Source: Adineta vaga (lineage: Eukaryota > Animalia > Rotifera). From it: a stretch of DNA of 64,000 bases. Location of the stretch: assembly GCA_021613535.1 (NCBI GenBank), contig CP075492.1, positions 8,804,001 through 8,868,000 of the forward strand. Direction: 5' to 3'. Below, piece after piece: positions 42,445-54,887 of this stretch. A program made the translations under genes and the position numbers. Position 1 is the first letter of the stretch. Every line of letters begins with the position of its first letter. The notes beneath the pieces are model-generated. The model had not been told where the DNA came from. It saw only the letters and a list, made by a program, of their open reading frames with translations, and ran no database searches.

Positions 42445-43113
42445 ATGTCTACGAAATCAAAAAAGGTTACATACAAAGATCCAGCCGAAGATAATGCTGA
42501 TTATCTCGTACCTTTACAATATGATTTACGTCATCCATTACCTGGTCAAATCATAACATCTTCAACAGCCACAAAATCAGGCGGATATCTCAATTCAATC
42601 TATTTTCTTATAACAATTCTTCTATATGCTGGTGTACCTATTTCACAATTTGTTATTGGTTTAATCTATGTTGGACAATGTACTGTTCGACAATTTATAT
42701 CTCCATATATGATTCTCAGTGGTATATCAGGTATTTCTTTTGTCATCGTCAGTGTCATTGTTAATAGACAATTGACTAAACAATCATCATTATCTTATGC
42801 TGGTTCTCGACCAAATCCAATGGTATTAAAAATTCTTATTTCATTGACGGTTATTCTCTTTCTTCTTGTCGTCGCATGGTTTTTTGCTGGACAATTCATC
42901 GTGTTTGAAGTAAAACTACGTGTCGAATTTTTTGATCCTGTCTTACCTGAATATTGCCATGGACATTTGTATAAAGCTGCATACATACTTATTTTTGTGG
43001 ATTATCTTCTATTCCTTGTTGCTATCATCTTATACGCAGTCGATCGCATGTCTCCTCCTGAAGATATCAAGAAGAAAAAGACAAAACGTCCAGTTCGAAT
43101 TCCTCGAAAATAA
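42445..43113 (+). CDS. four-TM membrane protein, TMEM272-like
   Basis: PISQFVIGLIYVGQCTVRQFISPYMILSG..AWFFAG..YCHGHLYKAAY. Confidence 0.75.
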   Translation: MSTKSKKVTYKDPAEDNADYLVPLQYDLRHPLPGQIITSSTATKSGGYLNSIYFLITILLYAGVPISQFVIGLIYVGQCTVRQFISPYMILSGISGISFVIVSVIVNRQLTKQSSLSYAGSRPNPMVLKILISLTVILFLLVVAWFFAGQFIVFEVKLRVEFFDPVLPEYCHGHLYKAAYILIFVDYLLFLVAIILYAVDRMSPPEDIKKKKTKRPVRIPRK

Positions 43114-44930
43114 AAATAAAAAAGAGAACGTCTTCTTTTTGTATTTGTAGAAATATTTATGTGTTAATTTGTATTCTTTTTTTAAAATACTCTTCATAAA
43201 AAAATGTTTTTTCAATCGATTTTATTCAATATTTATAAGTGTCGATTAAGAATGAGTTCGAAAGACGTTGAAAACGATGATTTATTATGATAACTATCTT
43301 GTACGAGTCGAAGAAGTGAAACGACCTTTGTATCATTCAATACCGTATACTTTTTCTCCGGTCAGAAGTGTCAGAAATTGACTATCATAATAAAGATTCG
43401 CAGAGTAGGAGAAAACCAATTCTTATCAGATGTACTCCTTGAGTTCAATTGTTACGAGTCATCGGGTTCCACTCAAAGGTAAACGTACAATTTGTAATGA
43501 CTCGGCCGGTAATGCATAGATTACGTCATGTTCTATTCCATTATATCCTTTAGGAAAAGTAAATTATTAACTGAAATATAGTACACAATAAAAACAAAAG
43601 TGATTAATTATTGTTATGAGGACATTAGTTTACATCTTGTTTTTATGTCATCAATTTTTGGCTTGATAAAATAAAGATTTTGTTTCATGCATATCTTTCT
43701 TTACATTCTTACAAATAGTTCAACCAATGATCTCGAATTCTATTGAAAATTTCAATACTTTTTTTTAGAGTATAGTTTTAATAGAAATGAAATACTCAAT
43801 ATATAGAGACAACATATACTTTCAATTGTAAATAATAATAGAACAAGTCATCTTGTACACAATTTATCTGTGTATAATATTTGTTCTGATTTACATCATG
43901 TAGTTCAAGATGAACGAATGATATCGAAATGTATACATAGTCTGTCGAGATTCATCTATTCTTCGACTATGTTATAGATATGTTAAATGTGCAAATAGTT
44001 AACGGGCACAATAGTTGATGAATGTCAATATACTTATCGCTATCATGTAATCGTCAACGTTGATCTTATTGTACAATATCTCGAGTATTTTCTTGCTATT
44101 GTCTTATGAAAAGATTTGATTGATATTTAATAATCAAGTTTCGTTTTTTTCACAGTAAAAAATTGAGCTGTAAATTAAATGGAATATGATTTTTAAGTAG
44201 ATCATTAATTTAATTACAGAATTCATTTCTTTTTCATAATTGAACCATTATGTATATAGAAATAAATGTATCCGATAATTACTCTCTGCTTTATATTTTA
44301 ATTCATTGTGAAGCTCACGAAATGAATATTCGTGATAGGTTTCATTTGAGTATTACTCATATATCAAAGATCGATTACCAATTGAATGATATGTTTATTC
44401 AACTAAATGAATGTACTATAAATAATGAGCTTTATATAGATGTCTGTTCAATTGAATCAATGAATGAAAATGCCATCTACAAGCGACCTCTTCTATTTCG
44501 TTCGATATAAAGGCTTTCTTCTAATGAACAAATGAGCCATTCATCATCCTTGAATGTTAGCATAGTATTTGAAAGCGAATAATGTTACATTCGACTGAAT
44601 TGTATTCTTTTCATTCATTTTTACTATTACTTGACTTATTTGCTATCTCTTTTTTGTTGCTTCGTTGCGTTGATGATTGATAATTGAGTGTTCGACAGTC
44701 GAGATGTATGTATACATACAGACATACACATACGCAACTGTCCGTTTTCTTTTCTTCTTTTACTCTCGTTTGCTCTCATCATTGCCGTATTGTTGACTGA
44801 AGTATGTGAAACATTTGATAGACATACAAATGATAGGAAGAAAAATCCCTTCGATTGATTAGTATGTTTACAGAAAGAGTACACTGATAGTTTTTATTTA
44901 GGTTAAGAAACAACTATAGAATACATAAAT

Positions 44931-46060
44931 ATGGCATCATCTTTTGCCTCATTCTTTGCGAAAGACAAGGTAAGTTATTGAAGAAAATTATAAGTTATTA
45001 TTGTACACTTTAATTTCGTAGACTTTTCGTCCAAAGAAGAAATTCGAACCAGGTACTTCTTAATTGATTACACTATGTTACAATGTTCTGTTTGTTTCAT
45101 AGGTACAATGCGATATTCACTTCATAAACAAGCAAGTGCTTCTTTGAAATCTGGTCTTGATTTAAAAGAAATTGTTAAATTACCTGATAACGAAGATGAA
45201 GATGATTGGATTGCTGTACATTGTAAGAATAGAGCGCACGAATAACTTTTGTTAGAAATAAAAGCTGATTTCAAAATAATGGAAAAAAAGTCTACAGAAG
45301 AGAAGCGTGAAATATTTGAATGAAATACAATCCTATAATACTCCTAATCTTTTAAATATAAGGATTGAATGTAAACAATTTTGTTTATTTTTTTAAATGT
45401 AGTAGTCGATTTTTTTAATCGAATCAATCTGGTCTATGGCATTGTTAGTGACTATTGCACTCCAGAAAGTTGTCCAACTATGTCAGGTGGTCCTCGATAT
45501 GAATATAGGTAAGTTTGAAAATTGTGCTTTTCATTCTATTACTCTTTATCATATGTATTGAGATGGTGTGATGGTGTAAAATATAAAAAGCCAACGTCTT
45601 TAAATGCACAGAAGTATATAACTTTACTTATGGAATGGGTTGAAACGATAATCAACGATGAATCCATATTTCCCGTACAAGTCGGTACACCATTTCCAAG
45701 AAGTTTTCGTTCGACATGTAAAAAATTACTCTCACGTTTATATCGAATTTTTGTTCATGTTTACGTACATCATTTTGATCGAATTATTGATTTACAAGCA
45801 GTAAGTTTTCTTGATGATAGTGAAATAATCACTTTTTTGTGATTATCTTTTATTCTTTTGAGGAAGCACATGTGAATATGTGTTTTAAACATTTCTGTTA
45901 TTTTTGTCATGAATTCGAATTATTGAAAAGAGAAGAAATGGCTCCATTAGTAAGAGATGTGTTTTTACTTTTTTGAATTTATTCGTATATTTATATTGCT
46001 TGATTTTAGTATGAAATGACGAATCGATTGTGTCCAGAAGTACTTGGTCTTGTCAAATAA
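44931..46060 (+). CDS. MOB3: MOB kinase activator 3-like
   Basis: [74 protein letters not shown]. Confidence 0.93.
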
Positions 46061-47640
46061 AACGAGTTTTACGCAACTACATCTATGTTGAAAGATTTTT
46101 TATTTTAAATTGTAAAAAGAAAATGAATTGTACATAAAAGACATTCGAGATATAATTAAATAATCTTAACAAATGTTTCTATATGATAAGTTTTCTTAAG
46201 GATATATCAAATACAAATGTTTCAAATTATTATACTATATTATGAGTTATATGTATCTGATAAACGATGGTATCTATTTTCGAACATTCCTCTCAGTGTT
46301 GGGTAATATTATTTATTTACAAACTAACTTAAATAGATTTATGAAATCTTCATTGCAAAGTCATGTGAAGTATCTAATCTAATTCAACTATATGTTTGCG
46401 CATCCCGCTAGTGATGCACTCATTATTGCATACTGTACTCCCTTATTGAAGAACTAAATTTTAAGTGAAATGAAATATGTACAGTAGTAGTTGAAAAACT
46501 TTATGCTAGCAGAAATATATTTGTATAAAAATGACAAGAATACTTGAAATTTATCTGAAAGCAATGTGAATATATTACACCGAGGCAATCTCCAATGAAA
46601 TTATGACTACGATTACTACTTTGCTATCTTCGAATAAGTACGCGATAGTGCCGTTTAATACAATTATTATAGTGTTAACATACCGTTCTTGACTCTTGTA
46701 TTATATTTAAAGCCAATACTTTGTATGTATTTGCGTTCGAACTAAAATAAAAAATAATATGTATATTATAACAATATAAGAAGTATTTATCCGATATATT
46801 GTTCATAAGAAGTATGTCATGAGTGTCTGAAATAATGTATCTCATAATTTTTCTCTAGTCATGTTTTCCCATGCTTACACAGATAAACACAATCAACTTC
46901 TTACATCTTATGAAAATAGAAGATGAACAAAAATAACAGCGTAATCAGCATCTTAGTGTTATCTTTTCACAGCCACCGAAATATGCAATAAACTACATGT
47001 GTCTGTCTATTAGCAAAGGCTTATGATTTTTGAACGAATACATCACACTATCGTAACTCAAAAATCAACATGAGATCACCAAATGAAACTCGTCTTTGAA
47101 CTTGTTTGCTTTACAAATTACTTTATTCACATCTCTTCTAATTATTTAGACTATTTCCTTTTCATACCGCTCTTTTCTTCTTCATATCAACATTATGAAT
47201 ACATACATACATATATCAAATGACACCACTGCATTACACATTCAAATCAAATCTAAAAACAACCAACATCATTGTCTAAAATAACATCATTATAATCAAA
47301 TTTATGAGTTCAATCATTTCCATCTTTACTTCTCTTCCTCCTCCTTCCTTCCTTCCTTCCTTTGAGAACAACAAGAAAATTGATCTGTTTTCTTTTGCAT
47401 TCAAATCATCTGCTACACACACCAACACGTTACGCAAACTTCCGCAATCAACACTTAAATATCATTCATTCATTCTTTATTTCTTTATTTCTTTATTTTC
47501 ATTTTAATCGAAATAACAAATCTATCTTTATACATATACAACACATCACTGTTCACTGTGCTTCTCCTCAACGGATATAAATAAATCAAAATACAAAATA
47601 ACAATAATAACAATAATAACAAATAACGAAAACACAAACT

Positions 47641-48546
47641 CTAGTCTTCATTCTCAATATCGATCATATCATCTTCATTTTCGACATCATCCTCATCATG
47701 ATCTGCATGAGACAATGAACGATTATTTTCTGAATAGAACGACGATGATGAACATGAGAAATCTAGAGGAACATCATTGTGATGTGTACGCATATGTGAT
47801 CGAAGATTGCACGATAAAGAGAATTTCTTCAAACAATAATTACATTCAAATGGCTTTTCACCACTATGAATGAGAAGATGATTTCTCAAGTTGGTTTGTT
47901 TGGAGAAACCTCGCGTACATATTGAACATCGAAATGGCCATGTACCATTATGAACATGTGAATGACATCGAAGATCACCAGGTGTTGCAAAACTTTTCGA
48001 ACATTGTGAACATTTATGAGGTTTATCCTACACAAAAACAAACAGATGAGTTAATATGTGGTTTGAGAGAGAGAGATGTCAATGACAACACTTACTTTAC
48101 TATGTGTTAATTTATGATAATACAAATTGGATGATGCAGTGAAACGTTTGTTACATATTTCACAAACATGAGGTTTTTCACCTGAATGAATACGACGATG
48201 AGTATTGAGTGATGAGGAAGTCGAAAATGCTTTTGAACAAACATCACATTCATGTGGTTTTTCACCTACAAAATCAATCAAATCAGATTGAATGAAATCA
48301 AATGAAATCAATGTTGATCTTACCAGTATGTGTACGAATATGTCGAGTCAACAAGGATGGACGATCGAATGCTTTGGAACAAACGTCACATTGCCACATT
48401 CGTCGTTGTTGTTGCTTTTGTTGACTAGTTGTTACTGGTGGTATGGAAGTGATGAGAAGAGAAGTGTTTGTCAATGATCGAAGAGCTGATCGATTGTGGT
48501 TGTTTGCTGATGATGATGCAAGAATTCGGTCAATCATAAATGACAT
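47641..48546 (-). CDS. C2H2 zinc-finger transcription factor (6 fingers) with N-terminal eh1-like motif
   Basis: SFMIDRIL (FxIxxIL), six CxxC..HxxxH fingers with TGEKP-type linkers across 3 exons, acidic tail. Confidence 0.92.
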
Positions 48547-49087
48547 GATTGCTAGTTGATGTTATGCTGTAATCTTGTGTGTATGTTGAGAAGGATGCGA
48601 TCAAGTGTAGTGTTATGTCAGAATGAACATAATATTACGTAGTCAATACCGTCATATATATACATACATACACACACGTACAGATCGTTCTCTTTCTCTC
48701 TCTCTCTCTTCCTCCTTCCTCTTTTGTTTTTCTTCGTTCAATATCTACGTAATCATGGCGAGACGTTCTTTACATCATCATGCATCACATCTGTCTGACC
48801 AATGAGCAAAGAAGTGAGTGAGAGAGTGAGAAAGAGAGAGAGAAAAGGAGAGATATGATGCAAACAATCAACCAATAATCTTTCACTGATTGTTCTGTAT
48901 GTCTCTTTTCATAATCATACTGTTCAAATACCAGTTATCAAGATTCTCATAGTCATCACTGACTCATATACATCCTCAAAATCAGAATCATTAACGCAGA
49001 AAACTGAGTGCATTGTTCGATTTCGTCTGTAAGATGTTCAGTGAAACGACGTGAAGATGTGTGTAATTCAGTTCACAGCTGGTGATC

Positions 49088-49109
49088 GAGAGAGAGAGAG
49101 AGAGAGAGA
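49088..49109. repeat. (GA)n microsatellite; further GA/CT tracts at about 48690-48710 and 48815-48850
   Basis: Visible dinucleotide tracts upstream of the zinc-finger gene. Confidence 0.85.
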
Positions 49110-50119
49110 GGTTGATTCGCCTGACCACAAATAATTAGATGTTCATTTCATTTCATTTCGTTTCCATTTTCAATTATAGTTTCAAGTGGTTTTTCTTTTA
49201 GCTGATGTCGATGTTGAGCGGCAGCATTTTCTTTGGTGTATTTTTGTAGATGAAGATGTCATCTTTGAGTTATGTCTTTTGATCGAAAAGAATAATTGTG
49301 ACCAGCGGGCTCTGTTGCTCATCATTGATGTCAATCTCTTAGATCAAACATTACCAAGTGCGAAAAAGAGTGTCAATGCATGACATGAGTTATTTAAATG
49401 ATACATCATATTGCCGAATATTTTCTTTTGCTTGTATATCGAAACAAAAATCCAATATAACATCTTCATTTAATATCGTTAACCATCTTTCTCATAATTC
49501 AAGATCAAAACATTCATAATCATGATGATAATGTTCTTGTGAAATAATTTTTTCTTCAAACACAAGGGAGATAACAGATGGACTCAATATGAGCTAATGT
49601 GTCAATCGATTGAAACCATACATATGCGAGAATCAAAGAACAATAGAGGTGATAGGTAATCTCATCAGACTTGATCGTTTGCACATTTATGTTTTATAGT
49701 TCGTCATCACCTTCTCCGTTGGAAATGAAAACATCAGAAGATAAATCGGCTATAGACCACTTAACACACAAAATAGTATTTTCACAATTCCATTAGTTTT
49801 TCTGCCAATGGGTGAAATTTAAGAGAGATTATAAGAGGGATAAGCTATTTCCAGTAGACACACCTGCCAGTGTACGTCACGCAGTAGGAAAAGTGCTCTC
49901 TTCACTCACTTAGTCACTTGACTTTCTTTCCCATTTCACGTAGATTAGGTTAGATACTTTTAACAACAGTCACGAATAATTGTGGTGTGTCTATGCACAA
50001 AAAAATCATACAGTGTAGAAGAGAAGCGATTATATAAATGATAAGATCGATAAAATAAAAAAGTAAATGTATTTTTCTCATGTTTTCATATAAACAAGTT
50101 AAGTAAACACGAATAATTT

Positions 50120-50801
50120 TTATGCTTTGCTACTACAACAACTATTCGTTGCTCTTGTTTTTGTTGTTGCAGTCGGTGAAATTGTACCCGTCGGTCTATT
50201 CAATGCGTTAATTTGTTGTTTTGCAGAAACTTGTTTAGCAACGGCAAAAAATATTTCTTTTACATTATCACCTCGTTTTGCTGATGTTTCCATAAAGATC
50301 AGGTCATTTTCTTCAGAATATTCACGAACTTCTTGTGCATTAATTTGACGCCTATCGTCTGTAGCTAAATCAAGTTTATTGCCTACGAAACCAATTACCA
50401 TATCAGGCCCATTTGCTGCACGTAATTCATTGACCCACATCTTCGCACGGCGAAATGACTCCATATTCGTGATATCATAAACAACTAAACCTGCTGAAGC
50501 ACCACGATAATACATGGGAGCAAGAGAATGAAATCTAGAAGGACAATTCTATTTATTTATATCAGTTAGAATAGAATAGAATATAGAAAGATATGTACCG
50601 TTCTTGTCCAGCTGTATCCCACAGTTCAATTTTTAATATTGTATCATTATCAATAGGAACAGAATGTGTGAAAAAAGCAGCACCAATTGTAGTTTCAATA
50701 GGTCCTTCACAGTATCCTCTAGTTATACGAAGTGCTAGACAAGATTTTCCAACTGCTGTTCCGCCCAGTAGAACCATTTTACAATGATCAGGACGAAACA
50801 T
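50120..50801 (-). CDS. Rab5-subfamily small GTPase (2 exons)
   Basis: [44 protein letters not shown], C-terminal CC. Confidence 0.92.
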
Positions 50802-51048
50802 TTGATGATTACTATAATCAATAGATAATAGACAGTGATGTAATATTTCTTTATATTTTAAATGTTGTATTTATATATTCTATTGTTAGATGATGACTCA
50901 ACTAGAGAAATTATTTGCTCTCGTTCTTATCATTTATGATATGAAAATATATACAGATTCTTCATCTGTTGAATATAAAAATGATAAAAAAGGATATGTT
51001 TTTTTCGAAAAAAGTCATAAAAGATATAGGATATTAGTCATATCAGTG

Positions 51049-53839
51049 TCATTGTTGGTCACTTAATACACTGGATCGTATTGAATCAAGTCGTGCTAGA
51101 TTATCCCCCGCTTCGATGTAATCTTGAATGCAATAAATCAAATGATATGGAATCTCTTATAATAATATACTGACCGTTTTCTAACGCCGCTAAATTTTCT
51201 CGTGCTTCATTAAATTCATTTTCTTCCATTCCTTCACCAATATACCAATGAATAAATGCTCGTTTTGTATACATAAGATCAAATTTGTAATCAATTCGAG
51301 CCCATGCTTCTACAAACGCTGTTGAATTTGTTAATCCAACAGCAGATCGATTGACACGCGTAAGATTACACTCCCCGGAACAAATGTCGGTGGACTTGTG
51401 ACTAAATAATATACTTAATAAAAGCACAAATCAATAATAAAGAGCACTCAACTATAACCAATTTTGAAACCAGTAGGGCACCTACAATTAAAATAATCAT
51501 AAAACTTGCGTCAAACTTTCTGCATTTGAGTAAATAATTGTGGAACCAATGGAAGTAATTATATTTGTTCGCTTATTATTGTGTATACCAGACAGAGTAT
51601 ATAGGTTGCGGTCGAAAGCAAAAATATTTTATTACAAAAACAAATTCATAACTAACTCAACAGTTGTTTTCAAACAAACATGTCCTGTGGTAGTCTTTAT
51701 TACTGTAGTCCTTCAATGGAAATGCGATGCGTTCCTCAACCTGAATTGTGCTGTATATATCCTCCAGAACCAGAACTCATCTGTGTGCCGAATCCTGTCT
51801 GCTGCCCTTCACCACAGATCTGCTGCCCTCCGCCAAAGATCTGCTGTCCTCCACCGCCACAGGTCTGCTGTCCTCCGCCAAAGATCTACTGTCCTCCACC
51901 ACAGGTCTGCTGTCCTCCGCCAAAGATCTACTGTCCTCCACCACAGGTCTGCTGCCCTCCACCAAAGATCTGTTACCCTCCACCAAAGATATGCTGTCCT
52001 CCGCCAAAGATCTGCTGTCCACCACCAAAGATCTGCTGCCCTGCGCCAAAAGACTGCTGTCCATCGCCAAAGATCTGCTACTATCCAGCAAAGGTTTCTT
52101 GCCCTCCTCCAAAGGTCTGCTGTCCTCCGCCGGATTGTCTGCTCACCACCGAAAATTATCTGTTCTCCACCAAAACTAGTCTGCGCTCCTTCCACAAAAT
52201 CAAGCAGCGATTCTACACCACGATCAAGTGAAATGTCTACGACACAATCAACATCGAAATCTTCCAGTTCATCTGCATGCAGAGCCCCTTGTCTACCCTG
52301 TCCACCTTCACCAAAAACAATTTGCATCCCAGCTCCTGAAACAACCTGTGCTCCGGCACCACCACTAGTCTGTGTAACTCCACCACAAATCATTTGCGTT
52401 CCTCGACCCAAACCAGTTTGCATACCCAGACCAAGACCAATCTGTTTTCCAAGACCCGCACCGATCTGCTTTCTACCCCAACCTATTTGCGCCCCCGCCT
52501 GTTGCTGTGGCGACCCAATATTTTGCTGTTGTTAAATATTCTCTACGAATATTTTCAATTATTAGCAAAATACAATAGGAGTATAATAACTTTCTAATTA
52601 AATGAGTTCATTCGTTACTAACTAACATGTTCTGTTTAATTTTTTATATTATTTAATTTAGTGATATTTTTAGTAAATAAAAAGAATTTTTCCGATGCAA
52701 AATAATTTCTGATGTGCATAATTCAATCCAATAGCTTTCTCGAAACTTACCAATCAACAAATGATATTCTTCTATCATTTTTCAATTTATTAATTGTATT
52801 ATTCACATCGATAGGTGATACTACACCTCGATAAATGATTGCAATTGACATATATTTTCCTTTTGATGGTTCTACTTTAACCATTTGATTATTTTGATGA
52901 AATAAGTTTTCAGTTAACGATTGAGTATCATTCTGTTCATCGTAAGCTTTCTCTGTTGAGTTTAATGGTGCATAACTTACCAGAGGAAAATGAATACGTG
53001 GAAATGGAACAAGATTTGTTTGAAATTCATTAAAATCAGCTGTAGTTCCATCTTTAAAACGACTACCTGCTGTTATGTTTGATATGACTTGTGCAATTAA
53101 ACGATTAATATTGACAAAATTTCCTTTGGAAATATTTAAGGAACGTGTACAGATATCCCAAAGTGCCTCATTATCAACAATAAAAACACAATCAGCATAT
53201 TCTAAGCCAACATGAGTATTTAAAACAGTATTGTATGGTTCAGTAATAATAGTGGACAATTTTGGTGATGGAAAAATAGCAAATTCAAGGTGTGTCTTTT
53301 TCCCATAATCGATATTTAGATGTTCCATAAGAAGAGATGTAAAACCAGAACCTGTACCTAACATATTTGGAGAAATTCAATATGAAAAACTTGATGCACA
53401 TTTCATAATTACCACCACCAAAACTATGAAAAATAACAAATCCTTGCAATGTGTGACACTGATTAACAATACGACGTATTTGTTCAAGAACATGATCGAG
53501 TAATTCTCTTCCAATAGTAAAATAACCACGAGCATAATTGGATGCTGCATCTTCTTTACCAGATATAATTCTATCAGGATGAAATAATTGTCGATAGGAA
53601 CCAGTACGAACTTCATCTAAAACTGTTGCTTCTAAATCAATATACAACATTCGTGGTGTATATTTATATCCAATATCTTCGAAAAAAGTTAATAAAGATT
53701 GATCATTGTCAGTTACCGAACAATTCTTCATTAGTGATCCATCAGGCTGTATACCATGTTCAAGACAAAACAATTCCCAACAAGCATGACCTATCTGACA
53801 ACCCGCTTGGCCGATATGAAGACATACAATTTCTTTCAT
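51049..53839 (-). CDS. divergent alpha-tubulin with one apparent 2-nt frameshift (possible pseudogene)
   Basis: [90 protein letters not shown]. Intron 51482-52750 is 1269 nt. Frameshift near 51368. Confidence 0.9.
51680..52535 (+). CDS. Cys/Pro-rich tandem-repeat protein nested antisense in the tubulin intron; frameshifted at 52133
   Basis: ORF 51680-52231 carries the [14 protein letters not shown] repeats, and the same style continues in the +1 frame to 52535 ([16 protein letters not shown]). TATA-like TATATA about 51598. AATAAA at 52676. Confidence 0.75.
51799..52190 (+). repeat. coding tandem repeat, 21-nt unit (TGCTGTCCTCCGCCAAAGATC-like), roughly 15-18 copies
   Basis: Directly visible. 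Variation falls mostly at third codon positions of the CCPPPKI frame. Confidence 0.92.
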
Positions 53840-54887
53840 AGAAAAAAAATTCGAAAACAACAATAAAATAATCATTTTCGCGCTTTTCAATTGACATCAT
53901 ATAAATACAATCAATTTTTATGTGTATTCGTTAGTTAACTAGACAAATATTTTGTGATTAATCATATCGATATGATAACACAGAGATGAACTCAATCTCA
54001 CATTTCTACAATAGAGCTACGCTACGTAGTAATTCAATCTAAAATGCGTGATCAATTCAGGAAGTATTTTGAGTGAAATGAAATTTTAAAATGAGATCTT
54101 TGAATAGTATTGTATATTTTCTTTGTCTTTTCATTGCAGCAAAGTTATCAAGTATGGACTCTGAAGAGTTGAATATTGAATTAATTATATGGAAAAACAA
54201 AGCATCGATAGTTTACATAAACGAAGCCATCTGTTCCGTCTCATTGACAAAAACAAATTTCCTGAAGAAACTGAGTTTATTTTTTTATTCAAGGTTTTTT
54301 CTATAGTATAATTAAAAACCATAATATGGAATAACAACTTTCTTTCGTATAGTTCTTTCAAAAATTGATTTATTTCATAACAACTGTAAAAAATATTTTT
54401 ACCCAACGAAAATTTCAGCGATAATTATTCTAAATAGCATAATTTCACAAGATGTTAGTTTTTTAACTTTCTGTGTGACAAATTACTTCGAAATGAATAC
54501 TGAATAACATCATATTCGAAGTTGATGAAATCAAATTAAGAGACAACTTTGTTTTTCTTTTCATAAACGTTCTGTTCATATCAGATGAAAAGCTGCGTCA
54601 GTTCCATTGGCTCGTTTATCTCGTCTCTTTTGCTACTTCATCAGATGTGAAAAGAACGTTGCTGTTTTTTTCCCGTCGTCGATTTTTTTACTTTTTTTCC
54701 TTCTTGTTCATGTCTGTCGAAGATGAGAAAAAGAAAACGTTCATGTAATCTTCAAAGATGAACACATGAACTATTTTAACATTATAGACTTCTTTTTCTT
54801 ACTTCTTGTTTTCTTCTCATATCCTTCAGACATATTTTTCTTCTTATTAGAAACTCGCAACTACATTTTTTCTTTGAATATAAAGCA

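Noticed and set aside
43280-43395. 12-bp inverted repeat TTTATTATGATA..TATCATAATAAA (possible MITE)
   Set aside because: Short and AT-rich, with no target-site duplication or second copy seen; expected by chance.
51540-52423. Overlapping ORFs in other frames and on the other strand across the Cys/Pro repeat ([29 protein letters not shown])
   Set aside because: These are shadow ORFs of a stop-free 21-nt repeat. Third-position variation favours the CCPPPKI frame.
54570-54660. CTGATGA-like motifs on the minus strand suggesting a hammerhead ribozyme
   Set aside because: No correctly placed GAAA core or supporting stems.
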